A stretch of 63,652 nt of DNA, filler included, from Squatina squatina (Eukaryota): assembly GCA_031763465.1 (NCBI GenBank). It is 4 parts of 4 records of this genome, joined end to end, with 100 filler letters (N's around TTAATTAATTAA, not from the genome) between each part and the next. Parts side by side here need not be neighbours in the genome. Positions count along the whole stretch, not along the records: positions 1 to 17,808 come from JARFOE010000233.1; 3 more parts are not named here. One strand, written 5' to 3'. A program made the translations under genes and the position numbers. Numbering within the stretch: the stretch's first letter is position 1; each line of letters starts with the position of its first letter. The notes below the pieces were generated by a model. It had not been told where the DNA came from. It saw only the letters and a list, made by a program, of their open reading frames with translations, and did not search any database. This document shows positions 1 to 11,492 of this stretch, in pieces.

Positions 1-696
1 GGTCCTACGGATTGGAGGGTGGCAAATTTAACCCCATTATTTAATAATGGACGGAGAGAAAAAAACAGGTTATTACATATCAGTTAGATGAATATCCGTA
101 ATGGGTAAAATGCTAGAATCTGTTATAAAAGATGTGATAACATTACACTTGGTAAGCAGTAGCGGGATCGAGGTTCAACAAATCTACTGATCTTTTCTGA
201 CGATGCTGCAAGTAGAATAGTTCAGGGAGAACCTTTGCATGTGGAGTAATTGGATTTTCAGAAGGTTTTTGATAAGATCCCACTTAAGAGGTTATGGTGC
301 AAAATTAAGGCACATGGGATTTGGTCTAATGTACTGGCATGGACGGAGAATGGGTTGCCAATCAATAAACAGAGAGTAGGAATAAACAGGTATTTTTTTC
401 CCGGGTGGAAAGCAATGGCTTGTGGGGTGCCTCAAGTATCAGTCCTTGGGCCCCAGCTATCAAAATATATATCAATGATTTGCATGAGGGAATTAAATGT
501 GACATTTCGAAGTTAGCAGACGACACAAAGCTCTGGCAGAATGTGAGCTGTGCCGAGGATGCAAAGATGCTCCAATGTGATTTTGACAAGTTGGCTGAGT
601 GGGCAAATGCATGGCAGATGTAGTATAACGTGGATACATGTGAGGCTAGCGACGTCGGTTCTAAAAACAGAAAGACAATCATTACCTGAATGGTGA
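1..696 (+). mobile_element. CR1-clade LINE ORF2 (RT) fragment, decayed
   Basis: Translations DFQKVFDKIPLKRLWCKIKAHGI, GVPQVSVLGPQL and DISKLADDTKL are CR1 RT motifs, with frameshifts. It is cut off at about 696 by a minisatellite. Confidence 0.9.
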
Positions 697-724
697 GACC
701 CTCTGCTTCAATCACAATGCTGTC

Positions 725-1480
725 TCCGCAGTCGCTCTCAGTGTGGCCCCTGCTCTCGCTCTCGGTGCGTCCTCTGCTCTCGCTCTTTTTGTTCTCTGCT
801 CTCCCTCTCCTTGCATCTTCTGCTCTCCCTCTCGGTGCAGCCTCTGCTCTCCCTCTCATTGTAGCCCCTGCTCTCGCTCTCGGTGCAGCCTCTGCACTCA
901 CTCTCATTGTGGCCCCTGCTCTCGCTCTCGGTGCGGTCTCTGCTCTCGCTGCTTTTGGACATCTGCTCTCCCTCTCATTGCAGCTTCTGCTCTCCCTCTC
1001 GGTGCAGCCTCTGATCTCATTCTCATTGTGGCCATGCTCTCGCTGTCGGAGCGGTATCAGATCTTGCTCTCGGTGTGGCCTCTTCTCTCGCTTTCGCTGC
1101 GGCTCCTGCTCTCGCTCTTTATGGGGACTCCGCTCTCACTCTTTATACAGTCCCTGCTATCTCTCTTTATTCGAACTCTGCTCTTGATCTCATTGTGGTC
1201 TCTGCTCTCGATCTTAGTGTGGTCTCTGCTCTTGATCTCAGTGCATCCCCTGCTCTTGCTCCTGATGCGGACCCTACATTCCCTCTCAGTGCAGCTCCTG
1301 CTCTCGCTCTCAGTGCGTCCTCTGCTCTCGATCTCGGTGCGACCTCTGCTCTCGCTCTCACTGCAGCACCTGCATTCGCTCTCGATGTGGCCTCTGCTCT
1401 TGCTATCGGGGCCGTCCCTTTTCACGCTTTCAGTGCTGCCCCTGCGCTTGCTTTCCATACGGCTACTGCTCTCAGTATTT
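725..1480. repeat. 24-bp pyrimidine-rich minisatellite (CCTCTGCTCTCGCTCTCGGTGCAG-like)
   Basis: About 30 degenerate units. The 8-aa periodicity (SALALGAA/SALPLIVA) in overlapping ORFs on both strands reflects the 24-bp unit. Confidence 0.9.
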
Positions 1481-1619
1481 ACGCTTTCTAAACCCCACGA
1501 ATCTGATATGTTTCATTATGATCGCCCCTCAATCTTCCAAAGTCCCATGAGTAGTGTGACAACCTCCTTAACCTTTCCTCACCAGAAAATTCCTCCATAA
1601 CCGGAATCAGACCTCTTTA

Positions 1620-2565
1620 TTCCCCCGTACTCTTTCAGCCATGGGTGTGATTATCAGAACATTATGGAGGCAGATTTTCTCTGCATCTAACCCGTTTTTT
1701 ACCTACCTCAGGATTGTTTGATGGGACACATAAGAAGGAAGTTTACTCCATAGCGAATCTGTGCCATAATAGCCCTGTGTGCATGTGATGGGACAATATA
1801 GAGGTAGGAGTACCTGTACCTAACCCGTGCATTTCCTGTCCTGGGCGTGTTTGTTGGAGAATGTAGATGTAGCTTGACTCTCCACCCAAAATGTGCTGTA
1901 CTATAAGAGTTTGATTGGACAGCATGGAGGTGGTTTTAGTCTGTATGTAGCCCATGTGGTACCTGCACTGGGAGTGGTTGATGGGGTAGTGTATACTGAG
2001 CTTAACTCTGTACTTAATAAGTAATGTTCAAGCCCTGGCTGTGTTAAATGGGCAGTGCAGAGGGACATTTACACTCTACGAACCACTTGCTCTACCAGCA
2101 CTGTGATACCATGAAGGGACAGCTTAGAGGGAGATTTTCTCGTTACATTTTCCATGTGGTAACTGCCACTGGAGTGTTTGAGGAGACATTTTAGAGTGGG
2201 AGTTGCACTGTACCTAACTCGTGCTGGACATGCCCAATGAATGTTTGGTCGGACATTGTAGAGTGAAGTTTACTCGTTATATAACCAGTGCTGTACATAT
2301 CCTGGCACTGTTTGATGGCACAGTGTGGAGGAGTTCTGTGCATGACACTTGCTGGACCAGCCTGTGCGTTTTTAATGGAAGAGTGTAGAGGGATGTTTAT
2401 TCTGTATCTAACCCGAGCTGCACATGACCTGGGAGTGTTTGACTGGACATTGTAAATGCAGATTTACACTGAACCTGTCACTTGCTGTACCAGCCCTGTG
2501 CGTTTCTGATGGGAAATGTTAGAGGGAGATTTAAAGTTTATGATGTACCTATCCCGAGCTGTAAA
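1620..2565 (+). repeat. ~67-bp tandem satellite (CTGTACCTGCCCTGGGAGTGTTTGATGGGACAGTGTAGAGGGAGCTTTACTCTGTATCTAACCCGTG-like)
   Basis: GATGGGACA recurs at 1720 and 1787 (67-bp spacing), and degenerate units continue to about 2560. Confidence 0.85.
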
Positions 2566-2599
2566 TGTACTTTCTTTCTCTCACCTTATCAGCAGATCC

Positions 2600-3010
2600 T
2601 CCGATTCCCTTCACCCAAAAGTCAGTATCGAGTTTGCCTTGAACATATCGATGCTATTTGCTTGAACTGCTAAAAGTGTTAGCGAGTTCCGTATTGTAAC
2701 CCTTCTACTGGTAAACATGTTTCACCAAATTCACTGTTGGCATTGCTGGTGACTATATTATATTTCCAGAATATAGCTTTGGAGTTCCCAGCACGTATGA
2801 AGGTTTACCGTACGATTGCCATATTGAAGCATTTCAAAATGTTATCAGCCATCTTTGGGCCATCCCTCTCTTTAGAGACTGGAACCCCAGCCTATTCACT
2901 CTTTGCTGATGCTAGTCACCACTCAGTTCTGAACTCATCTATTCAATGTTTAATCAATTTCTCCTCTATATAATTGTTCTGACAACCTGTCCAGGATTGT
3001 GCAGGTTTCT
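2600..3010 (-). mobile_element. Highly decayed CR1 3' fragment
   Basis: Resembles the reverse complement of CR1 3' regions elsewhere in the window (e.g. 49900-50165). Confidence 0.55.
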
Positions 3011-3019
3011 CCAAATTTG

Positions 3020-3310
3020 CACGAACCAATGAGACTGAGGATGCATCTTCTCCCGCAGGTGGAGATAAATGAAATCATTCCCAGTATAGCAGGTGGTTCT
3101 CTCGTGATTAATATTTGTCCTTCTATCAACATACCTGAAACAGATTATCTGAACATTTTCACATTGCTGTTTATGGAATCCTGCTACATGAAATGCTGCT
3201 GCCGCATTTCTGACATGATAAATGTGGCTGCACTTTAAAGTACTTGATTGGTTGTGAATGACATTGAGAAGTACGCAAAGGTTGAAGAGCGTTGTAGAAA
3301 TGAAGGAGCT
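3020..3310 (+). mobile_element. SacSINE1/DeuSINE-like SINE, decayed
   Basis: AACAGATTATCTG..CACATTGCTGTTT..GCTGCCGCATTTC..CACTTTAAAGTACTTGATTGG matches the Deu-domain body and tail, and is similar to 18931-19225. Confidence 0.7.
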
Positions 3311-3419
3311 ACTATAATTTATGAAAAACGCCATCCCAGGGCCCAGCACGGCGGTCCCGCTGTTGAATCATCCAATTACTGCTCTCGATAATTGGAGTCC
3401 TGCTGCTGACTCCGTGAAT

Positions 3420-3640
3420 CAATGCTTGTGGTACTTGGAGTGCTGAAACTGACTCAGCCAATCAATGCTTGTGGTACTTGGAGTGCTGAAACTGACTCAG
3501 CCAATCAATGCTCGTGGTACTTGGAGTGCTGAAACTGACTCAGCCAATCAATGCTCGCGGTACTTGGAGTGCTGAAACTTACTCAGCCAATCTCAGCTGT
3601 CATTGATTGGGTGCTGGTGCTGACTCAGCCAATCACTGCC
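3420..3640 (+). repeat. 43-bp tandem repeat (4 copies plus a degenerate copy) containing TGACTCAGCCAATCA
   Basis: Unit AATGCTTGTGGTACTTGGAGTGCTGAAACTGACTCAGCCAATC starts at 3421, 3464, 3507 and 3550. Confidence 0.95.
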
Positions 3641-3689
3641 GTTTTTATTCGGAGTCCGATTGCTGACCTAGCCACTTTAAATGTGCTGA

Positions 3690-3870
3690 AGATTTCTGCT
3701 TCTCCCACCCTTTCAGGCATTGAGTTCTCCATCCCGATCACTGTCTGCATTGTAAGAATTCCCGACAAATCCCGTCTAAACCTTCCACCACTTAATCTAA
3801 GTCCATGCCCAAAGGTAATTGACCACTCCGCCAAGGGGAAAATGATTTCCTCTTCATTTCTATGAACGTA
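3690..3870 (-). mobile_element. CR1 3' fragment
   Basis: Minus translation EEEIIFPLAEWSITFGHGLRLSGGRFRRDL...GMENSMPERVGEA resembles the CR1 ORF2 C-terminus. Confidence 0.75.
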
Positions 3871-3899
3871 TTCCAAGACATCCAAATTCAGCATGCATA

Positions 3900-4700
3900 A
3901 AGTCCTTATTCGAGCTTCCCCAGGTTGGTCCTCGTTTTTAGTTATGTCTGTTTCAGCTCTTGGCATGCTCTTCCACAATCCTCATTGAACCAGAGCTGGC
4001 CCAATGCCTTGACAGTGAAGGTAGAATGACGGAAATGCTGGGCCATCGGGTTACAGATTGTGGTGGAAGATAATTCTGCTGATGCTGATGGACCACATTG
4101 CCTCAGGAATGTCTTTTTTCAGTGTGAGATTGTACTGAATCTATCTCATTGAGCATGGTGGAACTGCACACAACAGGATGGAGGGTACTTTCAGTGTGAA
4201 GACAGGACATAGCCTCCACACTCTTACCAATGCAGTCTTGAAAAGCTGCAGATTGGTGAGGACGAGGCCAAGTCGCTTTCTACCTCGTGTTGATTCTCTT
4301 AACAGCTGCTGCAGGCCTATTCTGGTAGTCATGTCATTCGGACCACGGGTAGCTCACTTTCTAATTGTGCGACCGACCCACTCTTGGTGACTGAGTTGTA
4401 AGTCCCCCACCCAGAGTACATTCTGTGCACTTGCTCTATTCAGTGCTTTTTCTAACTCGTGTTCCACATGGAGGAGCATTGATTCATCAGCTGAGGGAGG
4501 GCGGTATGTACTAATCTGCAGGAGCTTCAAATGCCAATGATTAAACTGAAGCCGTGAGAATTCCTTGGTTCTGGAATCAATGTTGAGGACTCGAAGCGTC
4601 TCTCACACAGATTCTAAATCAGGGTAGCCCCGCCTCTGTTTCGGATGGAACTGGACATGCCCTGCAATGGTGTGAGAGGAAATGATGAGGTTGGTGATAG
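3900..4700 (-). mobile_element. LINE (CR1/L2 group) AP-endonuclease region, decayed
   Basis: GLQQLLRESTRGRKRLGLVLTNL corresponds to the APE motif LxQxVxEPTRGxNxLDLVLTN. Confidence 0.7.
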
Positions 4701-4913
4701 TCATGATTCTATGAGTATGGAAGTGTGAGTTTCTGAAATGTCCACAGTGTTTCATGGGATATTTTGAAGCATGCAGGATATTTATCGCATTGGGTAATAT
4801 TTTACGTGTTTTCCTTTGATTTTAGGATCAAATGTTGCTCCTTCTATTTCGATGACATGTTTGTCCAGGAAAGGTAACTTTTTAAAAACATGCTGTTGCG
4901 GTTCTTGTTTCAG

Positions 4914-5325
4914 CTTGAGGCAGCAGTGGAATGCACCAGGAATGGACTCCCTGGATCAGGTGGGACAAGTGTTACCTCGCAGGCCCTGGCAGGTACATTA
5001 CTCGTTGAGGCAGGAGCAGTGCAATCCAGGTGGCCCTGGGAATGACATTCTTGGACCGAGGCAGGAGCGGAGTAAACATGTTGGACATGGGAATTAATGT
5101 CCGGGTCTGTGGCAGGAGCAGTAGATTTTCGGCTGCCCTGGGAAGCAAAGACCAGGACTGAGGTGCGAGATTTATAATCCAAGCGAACTCGGGATTGCAA
5201 TTCTTGGACTGAGGCAGAGCAGTTTATTCTACCTGGCCCTGAGAATGAAATTCGTGGAATGAGGATAGAGTTGGGTAATCCAGTTGGCTTTGGGAATGAA
5301 TTTCCTTGACTAAGATGGGAGCATT
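4914..5325 (+). repeat. Degenerate 51-bp tandem repeat (17-codon unit)
   Basis: GAGGCAGGAGC-like unit starts at 5007, 5058, 5109, 5160, 5211 and about 5261. Confidence 0.8.
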
Positions 5326-5899
5326 GTCAACTGGACAAATCCAGCGTACCATCACTGGACCACTCGAAGATGCTGTCAATTAGGAACATTTTAATATTGT
5401 GAAGATTTTTACCCTGATGGGCAGAGACCGAGTAAAATAGAGAAAAACCTTGACTCAATCATTAATTTTTCACCCTTTAATCCTTTACTTCTTCTGTCAC
5501 TTTGTTGTCTTTTGTTCGTTGGATAATTCAATAACGGTAGAGAAACTGCATTTTCTCTGTTCTGTCCTCGGTAGTTTAAGGCTGGGTGAAATATTGTGCT
5601 TTCACTGACTTTTATTTTAAAGCTCTGAATTATAACGTGTGCGAGATTCTATTCCAGTAAAGTGTTGTGTGGACAACTGTTCACTGAGTCTGTTTGTTCA
5701 ATGTCTATAATTAATGCCAGCTACAGTAAGGCCAAATGATGCCAGTCTGGGATTTATCTCTGCTGGACATAAGGAGCTCCCTTCACGATGTTAACTCAAT
5801 CATTCTGCATGGACAATGACTCACAGAAGAGGAGACATGGGTGTACTCCGCGCCTCACCACTTTCGAATAATTAATTTGAAAATATGCGGATTTTGCAC

Positions 5900-5955
5900 A
5901 TATTTTATGTTTTCCAACCATTTCCTACCCATCGTCGTTGCAGTTTCCGTTCCTA
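5900..5955 (+). pseudogene. Orphan GPR139-like exon-1 remnant
   Basis: Reads FLPIVVAVSVP followed by a phase-1 GT at 5956, like the YPILAAVGVP| end of exon 1 in this family. Confidence 0.4.
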
Positions 5956-6039
5956 GTATATATCTATCTCCAGTTACTAATTCTTTAAAAAGTATCACAG
6001 TGTTATATTCTTCTTGCTTTTTACTGTGGAATAGTCAGC

Positions 6040-9000
6040 TACTCAACAATACTCTGGAGAGTGCTTGCTAGTGCTGTCGGGGAGGGTTTACACTATTATG
6101 ACACGGGAATAGGAACAAATGCAGGGAGACAAAGGGATGTAAAATGAGGGCAGAAGCAAATGGTAGAAAGGAGAAAAGTAAAAGCGGAAGACAGAGAACT
6201 CAAGTGCATAAATCAAAAAGGGCCACACTACAACATAATTCTATAAGAGTGTTTAAAAAACAAGCCTGAAGGCATTGTGTCTTAATGCGAGGAGCATTAG
6301 TAATAAGATGGATGAATTGAAAGTGCAGGCAGTTGTAAACGGATATGAAATAGTTGGTATTATGGAGACATGGCTCCAGGGCGACCAAGGCTGGGAACAC
6401 AACATCCAAGGATAACCAATGATCAGGAAGGACAGACAGATAGGAAAAAGAGGTTTGGTAGCGTTGCTGGTTAAAGAAGAGAATATCGCAATAGTGAGGA
6501 CGGACATTAGCTTAGATGATGTGGAATCTGTATGGGTGGAGCTGCAAAACACAAAGGGGAAGAAAACACGAGTCGGAGTGGTGTACAGGCCGCCAAAGAG
6601 TAGAAGTGAGGTTGGGGATAGCATCAGACAGGAAATTAGGGATGCGTGCAATAAACGTACAGCAGTTATCATGGGTGCCTTTAATTTACATAGAGATTGG
6701 GCAAAACAAATTGTTAGTAGTACTCTAGTGGAGGACTTCCTGGAGTGTATATGGGATGGTTTTCTAAACCAATAAGCCGATGAGCCAACGAGAGAGCTGG
6801 CCCTCTTAGATTGAGTATTGTGAAATGAGGAAGGATTAGTTAACAATCTTGCTGTGCGAGGCCTCTTGGGCAAGATGATCATAATATGGTGGAGTTCTTC
6901 ATTAAGATGGACAGTAACATAGTTAATTCAGACACAAGTTTTCTGAAATTGAAGAAAGGTAAATTTGATGGTATGAGACGTGGGTTGGCTGGCATAGACT
7001 GGCGAATGATATTTGAAGGGCTGATGGTGTATATGCAGTGGCGAACATTTAAAGATCACATGGATGAACGACCACAATTGTTCATCCCTGTCTGGTGTAA
7101 AAATAAATCGGGGAAAGGGGCTCAACCGTGGCTTACAAGGGAAATTAGGCATAGTGCCAAATCCAAGGAAGAGGCTTATTAATTGGACAGAAAAAGCAGC
7201 AAACCTGAGGACTGGGAGAAATTTAGAGTTCAGCTGAGGAGGACAACGGACGTAAGTAGGAGGGGGAAAATAGAGAATGAGAGTAAGCTTGCAGGGTACA
7301 TAAAAACTGATTGGAAAAGCTTCAATAGATATGTGAAACAGAAAAAAAAGATTAGTGAAGACAAATGTAAGTGCCTTGCCGTCAGAAACAGGTGAATTTT
7401 ACTGGGAAACAAAGAAATGACAGGCCAATTGAGCAATTACTTTGGTACTGTCGTCACTAAGGAAGATACAATTAACCTCCCAGAAATACTGAGGGACCGT
7501 GGGTCGTGCAAGAAAGGTGACCTGAAGGAAATCCTCACTGGTCGGGAAATGGTGTTCGGTAAATTTATGGACTAAAGGCAGATAAATCCTCAGGACCTGA
7601 TAGTCTGCATCCCAGAGTACTTAAGGAAGTAGCCCCAGAAATATTGGATGCATTGGTGATAATTTTCCAAAATTCTATAGATTCTAGATCTGTTCCTGTG
7701 GATTGGAGGTCGCAAATGTAACCCCACTTTTTTTTTTAAAAGAAGGGAGAGAGTTAGCCTGACTTCGGAAGTGGGGAAGATTTTGGAGTCCATTATTGAA
7801 CGTGCAAAGCAGCGCATTTGGAACACAGTGACAGGATCGGTGAAAGTCAGTATGGATTCATGAAAGCGAAATCATGCTTGAGAAATCTTCTGGAGTTTTT
7901 TGAGGATGTATCTGGCAGAGTGGATAAGGAAGACCCAGTGGATGTGGTGTATTTGGACTTTCAAAAGGCTTTGACAACGTGCCACAAAAGAGATTATTGT
8001 GCAAAATGAAAGCACGTGGTATTGGGGGCAATGTATTAACGTGGATAGAGAAATGGTTGGCAAATAGGAAGCAAAGAGTAGGATTAAATGGGTCATTTTC
8101 AGAATGGCGTGCAGTGATTAGTGGGGGTCAACAAGGCTTAATGCTGGGACCCCAGTTATTTGCAAGATATATTCATGATTTTCACGAAGGAAGTGAATGT
8201 AACATTTCCAGGTTTGCTGGATGACACGAAGCTGGGTGGCAGTGTGAGCCACGAGGAGGATGCCATGAGGCTGCAGGGTGAATTGGATAGTGGGTGGGCA
8301 GAAGCATGGCAGATGCAGTATAATATGGATAAATGTGAGGTTATCCACTTTGGTGGTAAAAATACGAAGGCCGCTTATTATCTGAATGGTGACAGATTAG
8401 GAAAACGAGACCTAGATGTCATTGTATATGAGTCATTGAAAGTAGTCATACAGGTACAGCAGGAATTGTAGAAATCAAATGGAATATTGCCCATCATAGC
8501 GAGAGGATTTGTATATTGGAGCAGGGAGGTCTTACTGCAGTTGTACAGGGCCCTGGTAAGGCCACACCTGGAGTATTGTGTGCAGATTTCGTCTCCCAAT
8601 TTGTGGAAGGACATTCTTTCTGTTGAGGGAGTGCAGCGATTGTTCAGCAGGATGGCAGGACGGACAGATGAAGAAAGAATGGATCGACAAGGCTTTTCTT
8701 CACTGGAATTTAGAAGAATGAGAGGTGATCTTATGGAAAAATATAAAATTCTTAAGGGATTCGACAGGCTAGATGCAGGAAGAATTTTCCCGAAGTTGGA
8801 GAGGTGCAGAACCAGCGGGTCACAGTTTGCGGATAAGGATAAGCCATTTAAGACGGAGATGACGAAAATATTTTTCAGCCAGAAAGTTGTGAACCTGTGG
8901 AATTATCTACCATAGGAAGCTGTTGAGGCCAGTTCATTAGCTATATTGAAAAGGGAGGTAGATGTGGTCCTTATGGCTAAAGTGATCAGGGGGTATGGAG

Positions 9001-9110
9001 AGAAAGCAGGTACGGATATTGAGTTGCATGATCAGCCATGATCAGATTGCATGGCGGTTCAGGCTCGAAGGGCCGAAGGGCCTACTCCTGCACTTATTTT
9101 CTATTTTTCC
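6040..9110 (+). mobile_element. CR1 LINE, near full-length ORF2 (APE+RT) with ORF1 3' end and 3' UTR; inactivated
   Basis: APE motifs (ETWL, VGVVYRPP, VIMGAFN) and RT motifs (QYGFMKAKSCL, DVVYLDFQKA, DDTKLGG, LYRALVRPHLEYCVQ) are in order, followed by the 3' tail GGCTCGAAGGGCCGAAGGGCCTACTCCTGC. Many stops and frameshifts. Confidence 0.95.
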
Positions 9111-9228
9111 ATATTCTGTTTTATAAGTTGTTCATCTGTTTTAACGCAGGGAATGTTGTTTGAAGAAATTTGAATAAAGTGTCTGCTGTTGGTCTTCACA
9201 GCAATCTTTCGAACCAGTTACTAATTCT

Positions 9229-9301
9229 ATGAATCATCTTTCACTGAATTATTCTCATTGTCATTTAATCTCCCCATTGCACGCTGCTGTTGGTGTGCCA
9301 A
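9229..9301 (+). pseudogene. GPR139-like exon 1 (putative)
   Basis: ATG at 9229 gives MNHLSLNYSHCHLISPLHAAVGVP plus 1 nt. The phase matches the exon at 10723. The donor is non-canonical (GC). Confidence 0.55.
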
Positions 9302-9562
9302 GCAGTTACTGCATCTGTCTATAAATTATATAAATAATGCTTAGCAATTTTTCTCTCATTGTCATTCACCACGCCATGTTGGCTAATAATTCTGCAGGTG
9401 ATACGGTGTTATCAAGATTCAATTGCTTGATATTCTACTCAAGGGAAGAAATTGGATGCGGTTATTTATTTGGCCAATTTCATTCTATGATCTCCACTGA
9501 TCATGTCTAAAAAATCAGAACAACGTTCTCTTGGTTTATGAGTTTGTTTTCACCTAATGTCG

Positions 9563-9655
9563 GAAGCTCATCGACCTGAGGCGTTAAATCTGATTCTCTC
9601 TCCTCTGATGCTGCCTGACCTGCTTAGTATTCCAACATTTTCTTCTCTTACTGAG
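9563..9655 (+). mobile_element. Penelope-type terminal repeat remnant
   Basis: GACCTGAGGCGTTAA..TCTCTCTCCTCTGATGCTGCCTGACCTGCT; a related minus-strand copy lies at about 25295-25365. Confidence 0.5.
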
Positions 9656-10722
9656 AGTTTCGCCATCCACTGTATATTGCATTGGTTTTAACCAATTGCT
9701 CGACACACAAAGTTGCAGTAAGAAACCCTGGCAGACCATATTCACATGATTCCCTATTGCTGCCTGCTGTGTTTCAGCATTAACAATCCCAGCTAATTAT
9801 AGCTGAAATATGCGGATAAGAAAATCCTTTGGTAGGTTTCCATCTAATATTCCCAACACAAGATGGAAACCAAGTGCTGAAATATTTCAAGGATAAGTCA
9901 TTGGAATTCGTGTTCAGATGCTTTATTAAAACATGCTGTGGCATATTGCCTTTTGGATGATACCTCTGACTTTGATGCGAAATACTGAATTCAGTGGGAC
10001 ATTATCTGGAGAATGATAACTATTTATTTTAATTCAGAATTCATTCTTAATGCTGTTATTTCTGTATATCTACGGAAATCGAAAAAGCTCATTCTTAGAA
10101 ACACTCCACCGTCCAGGTTATCTGCCTAACTGCATTGCACTTGTATTTGTGATCTTACCATTTGCAAATCATGTCTCGCATTGTAAGCAGAATTGCCTCG
10201 AAGTGTTGCCTCCCAAGGTGCATTTCTGTATTGTGACGTTGTCTTCATGTTCAGTTCAGCTATCATGGATATTCTAGGATATATCATGGATATTCTAACT
10301 AGGAGGAGGAACTAAAGCGGGATTCCACGCTCCCTAACCTGGGAGCACAGAAGTGAATTGCACCGGTCTAACTGCTGAACATTCCTGGGACACGAAGGCT
10401 TCCTGATAAGTTCTGGTCCATTGTGTCCCTGGGAGCTCGGGCGGTGCATTTGTCTGCTGGTCTAAAGACAGATCTCTCATTTAATCTCTCATTGATCACA
10501 CATCTGTCAATTGCAGTTTGTATTTATTCATTGTTCATTGATTGATTCCACATTGCATTCCCGATCCCAATAAAAACTGAATCCAGTTCTACAGTTAATA
10601 GAATTTGATTATATCATTGAATGTCGGTAATTAGTTGCAGATTTCACACCTAATAACATCAAACTGCTGCTTTTGCTCCAAGCTACATGTGTAGTTTCCC
10701 TGTTTATTTCCCGTCTTCACAG

Positions 10723-11492
10723 TTAACTCAGTGTCGATTGTGATGCTGTCCCGGGGAAAGTTACCTCTCTCCAAATGTGTCGCTCGTTACCTCCTGGCCA
10801 TGGCAGTGGCAGAGCTACTGGTCGCTATCCTCGATCTGATATTGAGCCACTATCCAATTGTTTACAGGGAGCAATTTATTTTCCTGACGTCTTTGCATGT
10901 GAGCAATATTCACGACGTCCTGCTTTATGCACCCACAGACTGTTCTGTCTGGTTCACCATCACTTTCACCTTCGATCAATTTATGGCCATTTGTTGCCAT
11001 GAGCTAAAAACGAAACATTGCATGATGGAAACTGGGGCTGTGGTTCTGGAAAGAGTGACTGTTCTGAGCAGTTTGCAGAACATGATCTGGTTTGTCTTGT
11101 TGAGAGGTAGATATAATTTAAAGAACGTTCCTTGGTTTTGTGAAGCAACACTTCCGGTCCAATTTCCACTCGCTGGTCACCAGTCGAGTTCCTTCATCAT
11201 ATTCTCACACTATGTGTCCTATTTGTCTTAATTATGCTGTTCAATGCTTTCACCATCAGACATATTTTAGTAGTCAAAAGAGCCCGCAGGTGACTCCGGA
11301 ATCCCAGCAGTACGGAGAGTGCCAGAGACCCAGAGATGGAGAGCCGGAGGAAATACGTCATTTTACTCTGTTTTATCTCGGGGAATTTCATACTCTTATG
11401 TTTTGTGCCTTATGTCTTATGACTGAGTTCAGGAGCAGTTGAAGAATTTGGTGAAATATCCATTTGCTCAAATTGCAAAATTGATTAAATGA
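10723..11492 (+). pseudogene. GPR139-like class A GPCR pseudogene, exon 2
   Basis: Polypyrimidine-CAG acceptor at 10722. Reads NSVSIVMLSRGKLPLSKCVARYLLAMAVAELLV, TDCSVWFTITFTFDQFMAICC, RDPEMESRRKYVILLCFISGNFILL and EQLKNLVKYPFAQIAKLIK*. It has frameshifts, a stop at about 11291, DRF changed to DQF, and no TM7. Confidence 0.9.

Noticed and set aside
362-1600. Overlapping 130-285 aa ORFs
   Set aside because: By-products of the stop-poor 24-bp minisatellite.
3420-5325. Periodic 43-bp and 51-bp repeats as CRISPR-like arrays
   Set aside because: Whole units are homologous with no unique spacers, there are no cas genes, and the context is vertebrate.
9550-9590. Hammerhead ribozyme expected in Penelope terminal repeats
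   Set aside because: The CTGANGA and GAAA core boxes are decayed in this copy.
10335-10436. Three CCTGGGA motifs resembling EBF/Olf sites before the GPR139-like exon 2
   Set aside because: They are imperfect matches, and the same word is common in the local 67-bp satellite.
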